Shown here in pieces: positions 48,472 to 55,782 of a stretch of 64,000 nt of DNA. Made by a program: the position numbers and the translations under genes. This DNA is from a bacterium (GTDB lineage: Bacteria > Patescibacteriota > Minisyncoccia > Phycocordibacterales > JAUSHB01). The notes beneath the pieces are model-generated. The model worked only from the letters and a program-made list of their open reading frames with translations, made no database searches and had not been told where the DNA came from. How positions within the stretch are numbered: the first letter of the stretch is position 1; every line of letters starts with the position of its first letter. Location: NCBI GenBank assembly GCA_030648955.1, contig JAUSHB010000006.1, positions 11,866-75,865 of the forward strand, written 5' to 3'.

Positions 48472-48516
48472 CGCGCAAGCCTCGACGAACGGCAGATTGA
48501 TTATGTGTTTGTGTAA
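48472..48516 (+). repeat. Displaced duplicate of the rnr 3' end (original at 48096-48140)
   Basis: 41 of 45 nt identical. Encodes RASLDERQIDYVFV* exactly like the rnr C-terminus. All four differences are synonymous, including the stop codon TAG->TAA. Confidence 0.85.
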
Positions 48517-48602
48517 AATACCACTAACTACCTTCAGGTTTGACACTAAAATTGGGCGTGCTAGTCTGCTCATAGAAAACTGAACATGAATACGGAGGAC
48601 AT

Positions 48603-49049
48603 ATGCAACCCCATGCCTTGCAGTTCATTCCCCAAGAAGACCTACGTATATTTCATGAGATAGTAGGAATTGTTGGGCTACTTCCTGACATAATACTAGG
48701 TCACACTAAGACTGGTAGAGAGGTCCCTATATCTTGTCATGTGCTTACGCGAGCACTGGCATCCATTTTTGAAACACTGGAAGTTAAAGACGGTTTTATA
48801 GGATACGGGTCACACTACGAACATTCTTGGTTGCAAACAAGTAGCGGTTCAATTATTGATCCTTATCCTTTTGCTACAGTAGGGGGACCAATTATTCTCG
48901 CTGATGTTTTATTTTGGAGAAGTTTTTACGGCCCAGAAATATGCCTCATTGAACATCAACAGGAACCGTTCACCGCTTGGGTTGAAACAATAACTAATGT
49001 TGTTTATGAAATTTACTACAACCCTAAGGAAAATAAAACTGCTCACTAA
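48603..49049 (+). CDS. Hypothetical protein (148 aa) in the rnr-smc insertion zone
   Basis: Good RBS (GGAGGA 6 nt before ATG). No recognisable motifs. Flanked by the displaced rnr-end and smc-end copies. Confidence 0.5.
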   Translation: MQPHALQFIPQEDLRIFHEIVGIVGLLPDIILGHTKTGREVPISCHVLTRALASIFETLEVKDGFIGYGSHYEHSWLQTSSGSIIDPYPFATVGGPIILADVLFWRSFYGPEICLIEHQQEPFTAWVETITNVVYEIYYNPKENKTAH

Positions 49050-49089
49050 TACATTTAAAAATCACTCGAAAGAGTGGTTTTTTTATTTT

Positions 49090-49140
49090 GCAATCGCGAC
49101 GGCTTCTTCGAATTTAACCGAGAGAAGTTTTGAGACGGCG
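49090..49140 (-). repeat. Displaced duplicate of the smc 3' end (original at 49760-49810)
   Basis: 51 nt identical. Flanking codons encode ...AVSKLLSVKFEEAVAIAK* with synonymous changes (gcg->gca, aag->aaa, TAG->TAA). Confidence 0.85.
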
Positions 49141-49193
49141 CCAGTCCGCTTCTTCCCCTCAACCCTATATCCGTAAAGATTACTACGCACAAC

Positions 49194-49445
49194 CTACCTA
49201 TACATGTCCTTTCTATGCCCAACCTTGAGGATTTTGGCGGTATCATTTTCAACATCAAAGGTTACTCGGTAGTCTCCAATACGGAAACGATATTCTCCGA
49301 GCTCAAAATCGGTAAGATGCTCTGCAAAACCAAGTGGTGAAGGAGCTGACATGTAGAGCTCAAGTTTTTGCTTGATTTGCAATTGGGCTTTCCGAGGAAG
49401 TTTGGAAAATTCTTTAATGGAATTTCCCTTGAAATCGTATCTCAT
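49194..49445 (-). CDS. RelE/ParE-family type II toxin
   Basis: ...GEYRFRIGDYRVTFDVENDTAKILKVGHRKDMYR. Typical RelE/ParE C-terminal signature. 83 aa. Confidence 0.8.
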   Translation of the reverse strand: MRYDFKGNSIKEFSKLPRKAQLQIKQKLELYMSAPSPLGFAEHLTDFELGEYRFRIGDYRVTFDVENDTAKILKVGHRKDMYR

Positions 49446-49448
49446 AAT

Positions 49449-49673
49449 CTATGCAAGTCCGAGTTTCTTATATAGATATGTTGAAGAGACTGCTTTTTTA
49501 GAAGCTCGCGCGCGAGCAATATCTTGTTTATATTTCTTGGAGGTGGACATTTGATAATATTCTTCAAGCATACTGACTCGCTCACGAATGGTCTCCCACG
49601 CCGAAACAGGCAATACCACAACGGGATTCTTGCCAAGTTTAAAAATTTGGGCTTTTTTCATGAATGCATTCAT
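49449..49673 (-). CDS. Cognate antitoxin (Phd/YefM- or RelB-like), 74 aa
   Basis: Small acidic/basic protein immediately upstream of the toxin. 3-nt gap, co-directional. ...NPVVVLPVSAWETIRERVSMLEEYYQM. Confidence 0.6.
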   Translation of the reverse strand: MNAFMKKAQIFKLGKNPVVVLPVSAWETIRERVSMLEEYYQMSTSKKYKQDIARARASKKAVSSTYLYKKLGLA

Positions 49674-49752
49674 TTTTTTATGATACTCTTTTCCTCGAAT
49701 AATCGCAACATCTACCTAGTTTTACTAGGACAATATCCTAGAAAACAGTCAG

Positions 49753-52011
49753 CTACTTCGCAATCGCGACGGCTTCTTCGAATTTAACCGAGAGAAGTTT
49801 TGAGACGGCGTCGGAACCCATGGTAACACCGTAGAGAATCCCCGCGCGGGACATTGTTTCGCGGTTGTGTGTCACCACGATAAGCTGGGAATATTTTGAA
49901 AGATTTTCGAGCATATTGCCATATTTTTTTGAGTTTGCTTCATCAAGCGCCGCATCAGTTTCATCGAGAATAAGAAATGGCGGTGGATTCACCTGCGAGA
50001 TAGCAAACAAAAGCGCGATGGAGGTGAGCGCGCGCTCACCTCCCGAGAGCATATGAAGCCCTTTGATCTTCTTGTGCGGCAAACTTACATTGATATCAAT
50101 TCCTTCTTCCTCTTCAACTTCGCCCTCCTCTTCCCCGCTCTCTAAACCTTCAAGTTCGGGTGGAACTGCGCGCCGGCGTTTCTGCTCTTTTATCAACAAG
50201 AGTGTTGCCGTACCTCCACCAAACATCAGCGCGAAAAATTCTTCAAACTGCTTGTTGATCTTTTTGATCCCGCCCTGAAATTCTTCTCCGAGACGGACCG
50301 TGAGGTCTTGGATAAGCTGCGAGAGCGCTTCTGCGCTTTTTTGCAGATCTTCGATCTCTTTTGCAAGAAATTCGTCTCGCGCAATGGTTTGGTCATGCTC
50401 TTTTACCACATCCTCCCCTGTGCCGCTTCCCATATCCTCAAGCCGAATTTTTATTTTTTCAATACGCTTCCTGCGGTCTTCTTGCACGGTACGTGATTCA
50501 GAATGCGCTTGACCTCCATCAATCGCAAAATCTTTATACGCAAGCACGCCTTCACCCGAAAGGACTTTTGCTTCTTCCAGCTCCCGACGAAAACTTTCTT
50601 CCTCGCGGAGAAGATTTTCTTCCTTCACATCAACTGTGGCAAGCCTTGAAGTAAATTCGCTTTTCTTTGCGCGGATATCAAAGAGCGCCATCTCGGCATC
50701 GCGAGACGAATCTTTTTCTTTCTCTATTTCGTTTCGCGCGAATCCGTATTCTTCCGAAAGCTTTTTTTCTTCATTCACCGCCTCTTGGAGTAAATGATTG
50801 GTTTCTTCGCGGTCTTTCTTGAGTGTTTCCAGTTCGCCTTTTTCATCCTCCCCTTCTGTAATAATCCCTTGACGGCTCTGGGAAATAAACGTCGCAATAA
50901 GATCTCGAATCTTTTTGAAAATTGCTTTTGTGATAGAAAAATCTCCCGAGGTCTCCGCTTCCGCGATATGACGCTCAAGTGACCCCGTGAATTCATTTAC
51001 CAAATTTCGATCAACAGGCGCATTTTCATCGCGAGACGCGCGTTCCGCTTTCTTGCGCAAGACATCTTCCTGATATTCGATCATTCCGTCAAGACGCCCC
51101 TCTTTGCGCGTGAGATCGTCGCGCTTCCTGCGAACTTCCGCGAGTTTCTCTTCGATTGTTTTCAATTTCCGGACACTATCGCTCTCGCCTGTTTCCTTGG
51201 ATCGAAGCGACTCCTGCAAACGCGCGTGCTCATCGCCAAGCCGTTTGAGTTCTTCTTCGGGCACTCGACGCTCTTCTTGTATTGCGCTGCGCGTGCCTCC
51301 AAGATATTCCTCTTCTCGCTTGAGATATTCGTGATAGAGCTTTAAAAGCTCGTCACGAAACGCACGAGCTTGTTCTATTTTCTCAACCTGCTTTTTTAAA
51401 AATTTTATATGAGGCGCAAGCTCGCGACGAAGCGATTCTGCTTCTTTAAGATTTTCTTCCGTCTTTCCGAGTTTTTTATCACTCTCCGCGATCTTCCAAT
51501 GATAGATTTTGAGCCCAAGCGCTTCTTCGATCATCGATTTTCTGTCTCTTGAAGAAGAGTTGAGAATTCTGTCGGCCTCACCCTGTGAAATAATATGATG
51601 CCCCGATGCGCCAATATGCACCCCTGCAAGAAGCTCGATAATATCCCGCAAGCGCACTGCTGTACCGTTGATAAAATATTCGCTCGAAGAGTCGCGATTC
51701 ACTTCGCGACTGATCACCACTTCATCGTAATCGAGATTGAGTTCGCGCTTGGTATTATCAAACGCAATAGAAACTTTGGCATGATTGAGACGTGCAAGAC
51801 TTTTTGAACCATTAAAAATGAGATCTTCTCCGCGCTTGCCGCGAAGCGACTTGAGGGACTGTTCCCCCAGCACAAAACGCACCGCTTCGACAACATTTGA
51901 TTTTCCCGAGCCGTTGGGACCGACGATCGCCGATATGGGAGTATTGAAATCAAAAACACTTTTCTTTGCGAATGATTTGAATCCTCCAACCTCAAGTCGT
52001 TTAAGTTGCAT
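49753..52011 (-). CDS. smc: SMC-family chromosome-segregation ATPase, unusually short (about 750 aa), no recognisable hinge
   Basis: Probable start MQLKRLEVGGFKSFAKK...VGPNGSGKSN (Walker A). Long coiled-coil. C-terminal LSGGERALTSIALLFAI...LILDETDAALD. Conserved rnc-smc synteny. Confidence 0.8.
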   Translation of the reverse strand: MQLKRLEVGGFKSFAKKSVFDFNTPISAIVGPNGSGKSNVVEAVRFVLGEQSLKSLRGKRGEDLIFNGSKSLARLNHAKVSIAFDNTKRELNLDYDEVVISREVNRDSSSEYFINGTAVRLRDIIELLAGVHIGASGHHIISQGEADRILNSSSRDRKSMIEEALGLKIYHWKIAESDKKLGKTEENLKEAESLRRELAPHIKFLKKQVEKIEQARAFRDELLKLYHEYLKREEEYLGGTRSAIQEERRVPEEELKRLGDEHARLQESLRSKETGESDSVRKLKTIEEKLAEVRRKRDDLTRKEGRLDGMIEYQEDVLRKKAERASRDENAPVDRNLVNEFTGSLERHIAEAETSGDFSITKAIFKKIRDLIATFISQSRQGIITEGEDEKGELETLKKDREETNHLLQEAVNEEKKLSEEYGFARNEIEKEKDSSRDAEMALFDIRAKKSEFTSRLATVDVKEENLLREEESFRRELEEAKVLSGEGVLAYKDFAIDGGQAHSESRTVQEDRRKRIEKIKIRLEDMGSGTGEDVVKEHDQTIARDEFLAKEIEDLQKSAEALSQLIQDLTVRLGEEFQGGIKKINKQFEEFFALMFGGGTATLLLIKEQKRRRAVPPELEGLESGEEEGEVEEEEGIDINVSLPHKKIKGLHMLSGGERALTSIALLFAISQVNPPPFLILDETDAALDEANSKKYGNMLENLSKYSQLIVVTHNRETMSRAGILYGVTMGSDAVSKLLSVKFEEAVAIAK

Positions 52012-52021
52012 AAATTCCAGT

Positions 52022-52801
52022 TTATTCCTTATCGACCGTATTCCACTTTTTTTCTTTAAGCGCCTGTGACGCCGCACCTTGTTCTGCTTCTTGTTTAGAC
52101 TTCCCTTGCGCTTCCGCAATGAGCTCGTCTCCCAAAAACACTGCAACTACAAACTTTTTGTCGTGATCGGGACCTGCTTCACGTACTACCTTATACGTTG
52201 GTGTAACCCCCAGCTCGTCTTGCGCTTTCTCCTGCAAGAAACTTTTTGCATCTTTCCATAGTTCCTTCTCAACAATTTCGTGAGTAAGTGGAAGAAGCCA
52301 CTCTGATATAAACGCTTCCACACCTTCATAGTGTTGGTCGAGATACAGTGCCCCTATAAATGCTTCAAACGTATTTGCCAAAATAATTTGGCGTGCCTTT
52401 CCGGTATCTTTCGCCTCCCCTTTTGAAAGAAGAAGGAACTCATTCATTCCAAGCGTATGTGCAACTTCCCCTAGGGTGACCGCATTGACGAGCGCAGAAC
52501 GATAACTCGTAAGATCTCCCTCAGTTCTATCCTGATATTTTTTAAATAAATAATCAGTAACAACAAGTTCAAGTACTGCATCACCCAAAAATTCCAGACG
52601 TTCATTGTGCGTGAGACCTGCCTGCCGCGGCGCACCTGTCTGCGTGGCATGCACAGGCAGATGACTTTGCGGCGCAGGTAGGTCGCTTCGCTTGCTTTCA
52701 TTAATATATGAGCGATGTGTAAATGCCTCCCGAAGCAGATCTTTATTCTTAAAATTTAATTTAAATTTTCGTTCAAATTGGGAAAAATCTTTGTCAGCCA
52801 T
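52022..52801 (-). CDS. rnc: Ribonuclease III, with an about 27-aa insertion before the catalytic signature
   Basis: Signature ERLEFLGDAVLELVV. C-terminal dsRBD. GC-rich in-frame insertion at 52616-52696. Confidence 0.9.
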   Translation of the reverse strand: MADKDFSQFERKFKLNFKNKDLLREAFTHRSYINESKRSDLPAPQSHLPVHATQTGAPRQAGLTHNERLEFLGDAVLELVVTDYLFKKYQDRTEGDLTSYRSALVNAVTLGEVAHTLGMNEFLLLSKGEAKDTGKARQIILANTFEAFIGALYLDQHYEGVEAFISEWLLPLTHEIVEKELWKDAKSFLQEKAQDELGVTPTYKVVREAGPDHDKKFVVAVFLGDELIAEAQGKSKQEAEQGAASQALKEKKWNTVDKE

Positions 52802-52822
52802 AATGTATCGTTACTTTTTTTG

Positions 52823-53731
52823 TTATTTCTTGAGCAAGATATTGATTGCCTTTGTGATGATGGGGAGAATATCATCATAGATGTTGAGATCGAGAATATC
52901 CGCGAGGCGAAACCATCGTGCGTCATCAAGTCCGCCAGACTTCTTTAACGTAAGGTCAGAAAATGGAGTCTCGGTGAGAAAATAAACAACGTGTTTTCTA
53001 ATTTTTCCCTTTTCTGGGTCAGAGGCGATATATTCGTTCTCGCCAAGTTTTTCTTTTATAGTTATATTGATACCAAGCTCCTCAAATGTTTCTTTGACAA
53101 CGCCCACTTCTTCTGTATCCCCGGCTTCAATATGCCCCTTTGAAAGGGTCCAATGTCCGAATATGTCATGCACCAATGCAAGATACACTTCGTCCTTATC
53201 TTTCGCGTAAACAACTGTACCACACAACTTTTCCACAGGAAGCTTTGAGAGGTCGATGGGCGCACCAAGAGTCCTTTTTTTGCGCGGAGCATCATCCTTG
53301 CCAGGTTCACCCATTTCTTTATATACAGCTCCGAGAACTCCGTTTACAAACTTTCCACTATTCTCACCACCAAATGTCTTAGCAAGCTCAATCGCTTCAT
53401 TGATAGCAACTTTTGCAGGAACTTCCGCTTTGTCGACAAACAAAAGCTCATAGAGCCCGATACGTAAAATATTGCGATCAACAATAGAGATTTTTTCTAT
53501 CGGCCAATCAGGAGCCGCTTTGGCAAGTATCGTATCGAGCGTTTCACGTTTCTTCAATACACTCTCAACAAGGGACTTCATAAAAGACGTATCTCCCATG
53601 CCAGGAGCAAATTCCTCTGCATTACGAAGTAGAATTTCGTCTATAGTCCCCTCGGAAGCGACTTGACCACCAAAATCCCATTCAAAGAGTGTCTGCATTA
53701 CGACCGACCGCGAGAGATGTCTGTTTGCCAT
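52823..53731 (-). CDS. nusB: NusB-Nudix fusion protein (N-terminal transcription antitermination factor NusB, C-terminal Nudix hydrolase)
   Basis: N-terminus ...KVAINEAIELAKTFGGENSGKFVNGVLG (NusB core). C-terminus GHIEAGDTEEVGVVKETFEELGI (Nudix box with Lys for Arg). Confidence 0.8.
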   Translation of the reverse strand: MANRHLSRSVVMQTLFEWDFGGQVASEGTIDEILLRNAEEFAPGMGDTSFMKSLVESVLKKRETLDTILAKAAPDWPIEKISIVDRNILRIGLYELLFVDKAEVPAKVAINEAIELAKTFGGENSGKFVNGVLGAVYKEMGEPGKDDAPRKKRTLGAPIDLSKLPVEKLCGTVVYAKDKDEVYLALVHDIFGHWTLSKGHIEAGDTEEVGVVKETFEELGINITIKEKLGENEYIASDPEKGKIRKHVVYFLTETPFSDLTLKKSGGLDDARWFRLADILDLNIYDDILPIITKAINILLKK

Positions 53732-53883
53732 GAATGTTTTTGAATGTGCTATGAATGAAAGAATATACTAGCCTCTTCTATGATTCCTGGATGTATTAAC
53801 TCAAAACTCATCCCAGAAGCAAATATATTATACTGTAATTATGCACCTAATAATTCTCCTAAAAAATACTTCAATGTAGCTTA

Positions 53884-54123
53884 CTACGACTTACTTTCAC
53901 CTGCTTTACTATTCCTCTCTTTAATTTTTTTCTCTTTTTTTGCGACTTTCTTTAATACATTAATCACCTCTTTACCTCGATACGTACCGCATGTTTCGCA
54001 TGCACGATGGCGCAAATGGAATGCGGAACACTTGACGCACACAGAAAGCCGCGGCCCCGTAAGCGCGTGGTGTGAACGGCGGTTTCTCGTATGAGCCCGC
54101 GTATGTCGCATTCGTATTACCAT
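53884..54123 (-). CDS. rpmF: 50S ribosomal protein L32
   Basis: ...RHTRAHTRNRRSHHALTGPRLSVC...HLRHRACETCGTYRGKEV matches L32. Confidence 0.8.
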   Translation of the reverse strand: MVIRMRHTRAHTRNRRSHHALTGPRLSVCVKCSAFHLRHRACETCGTYRGKEVINVLKKVAKKEKKIKERNSKAGESKS

Positions 54124-54157
54124 TGAAATGAGTATACAGAATCGCCAGAAAAAATCA

Positions 54158-54183
54158 AACCCCCGCGGTATTTTGCGGGGGTT
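54158..54183 (-). terminator. Hairpin with trailing U-run between the DUF177-like gene and rpmF (terminator or attenuator)
   Basis: aacccccgc-ggtatttt-gcgggggtt. Minus strand continues tttgattttttct. Confidence 0.45.
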
Positions 54184-54192
54184 AGGAAAAAA

Positions 54193-54555
54193 TCACTTAG
54201 ATCCCATTTTACGGATAATTGGTCGAATATTGCAATACAATTTCCTTTGCGTGCATTTTTCACACGACCTTAATTCATTCTTACCTCGATTGTCAATCCC
54301 GAGATAACGTGAAATTATAGCAACATCTGCTGGAAAACAACCAAAATTGACTACAACATAGCTATCAGAGTCGCTAATTGACAATAATTTAACTTCTTTA
54401 TGGTCAATCTTTAAACTCTCTTCTGTGGCGCAGAGAATTTTTGGATTAAATGACTTTCTCTTGAGTTTAAGCGCGACTGAACCGCCCCTAAGGACATCTC
54501 CATCGTAGTAGATTTTATCTATTTCCACGTTTATCTCCTGTGTGTTCTGTACCAA
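54193..54555 (-). CDS. Hypothetical protein, possibly DUF177/YceD-like (conserved position upstream of rpmF)
   Basis: 120 aa. C-terminal Cys cluster SCEKCTQRKLYC. Call rests on position only. Confidence 0.35.
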   Translation of the reverse strand: MVQNTQEINVEIDKIYYDGDVLRGGSVALKLKRKSFNPKILCATEESLKIDHKEVKLLSISDSDSYVVVNFGCFPADVAIISRYLGIDNRGKNELRSCEKCTQRKLYCNIRPIIRKMGSK

Positions 54556-54674
54556 AGAATTAAATTTATTCCGGTACTATTATGCCCCAAGATTATCTCT
54601 GTGTCCACTTTTAACAAAAAATGTTTCAGAAAAACGATACAGAGAGCTTCCGTGTCCACATTGAAAAAACAAAG

Positions 54675-55112
54675 TTATTTTTTTGCTTTCTCGTATTCTC
54701 GAAACAGCCGGTGTGCTTCCCATTCTATTTGCTTAAAACCCAACGTCTTTCCTTCTTCAAATCCTTGATATTTCTCTTCTACGGAAACAAAAAAGCAGTC
54801 CTCAATGTAGCAAAAAAGATCTTTCGTATTATGAAATTTTCTTTCTGGATTTTCTTTTTTTAATCTTTTGATTTGCTTGTCAGACAACGGCACATAGCAT
54901 AGCGTTATCTCTTTTTTCAAACCCCTCTTGTTGTTCCCTACTCGAACCTCAATTGATTTAGGAATAATCCTATATGCCGTACAAATACGGTCATAGCACG
55001 CACATAAAATAGTTAAGTCTTTTATGTTTACTCCGGGGATACGAATTTTTAGTTTCGTATGGTTATCTAGATACTCGAATATGGGTTTTCTCACTACGCA
55101 GACCTCCTTCAA
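54675..55112 (-). CDS. Hypothetical Cys-containing protein (145 aa)
   Basis: ORF with no recognised motifs. Lies between the DUF177-like gene and rnhB. Confidence 0.4.
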   Translation of the reverse strand: MKEVCVVRKPIFEYLDNHTKLKIRIPGVNIKDLTILCACYDRICTAYRIIPKSIEVRVGNNKRGLKKEITLCYVPLSDKQIKRLKKENPERKFHNTKDLFCYIEDCFFVSVEEKYQGFEEGKTLGFKQIEWEAHRLFREYEKAKK

Positions 55113-55149
55113 TGTCCTTGTTCCAGCTCTATTTCTATCATAAATATCA

Positions 55150-55782
55150 TTATCTGCAAATGTTCTTCAAAAAACTGTGGCGATGAATCTTAGAAATTCC
55201 ATGCTTTTTAATTTTTTTAAAATGCTCTTTGGTCCCATATCCTTTGTGTTTTTCAAATTTGTAATAAGGATATTTGAGCGAATACTTTTTCATCAACCGG
55301 TCACGGAGTACTTTCGCGGCAATGGACGCAAGCGAAATGATCATTATTTTTTCATCACCGCGTATGATGATTTTTTGATTTCGATACATCCTCGGCGCGC
55401 GGAGACCACCATCAAGAAGAATAAGACTCTTGTGTGGCGGACACGAAAGTGCCCCCAATGAAGCTGTGATTGAACGGAATATCGCAGCATTGATTCCCTG
55501 CCTATCTATTGTGCTCGAACTGGAAAATGAGACGTGGAAAGAAATCTTGCCATCTCGTTCCGTGTTCTCTAGCTTCTTAAACCACGCTTCGCGCTTTTGC
55601 GCTGAGATTTTTTTTGAATCTTTCACCCCCCGAAACAAGGTCGTGAATTCCTTGAGGAACCTTCTTTCTACCATCACCACCCCGACTGCAACCGGCCCCG
55701 CAAGAGGTCCTCTTCCTGCTTCATCGATGCCGACAACGAAACCTATTCTATTCGACTTTATTTTGTCTCTTATGTAATCCAT
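55150..55782 (-). CDS. rnhB: Ribonuclease HII
   Basis: VGIDEAGRGPLAGPV catalytic motif. LLDGGL. Confidence 0.9.
   Translation of the reverse strand: MDYIRDKIKSNRIGFVVGIDEAGRGPLAGPVAVGVVMVERRFLKEFTTLFRGVKDSKKISAQKREAWFKKLENTERDGKISFHVSFSSSSTIDRQGINAAIFRSITASLGALSCPPHKSLILLDGGLRAPRMYRNQKIIIRGDEKIMIISLASIAAKVLRDRLMKKYSLKYPYYKFEKHKGYGTKEHFKKIKKHGISKIHRHSFLKNICR

Noticed and set aside
49753-52146. Alternative call of the short SMC-like gene as recN or sbcC
   Set aside because: RecN is about 550 aa and SbcC carries a CxxC zinc hook. Neither fits. The rnc-smc synteny supports SMC.
54621-54863. Plus-strand 80-aa ORF overlapping the 54675-55112 gene
   Set aside because: Low-complexity Phe/Leu-rich translation antisense to a longer ORF. 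Likely spurious.
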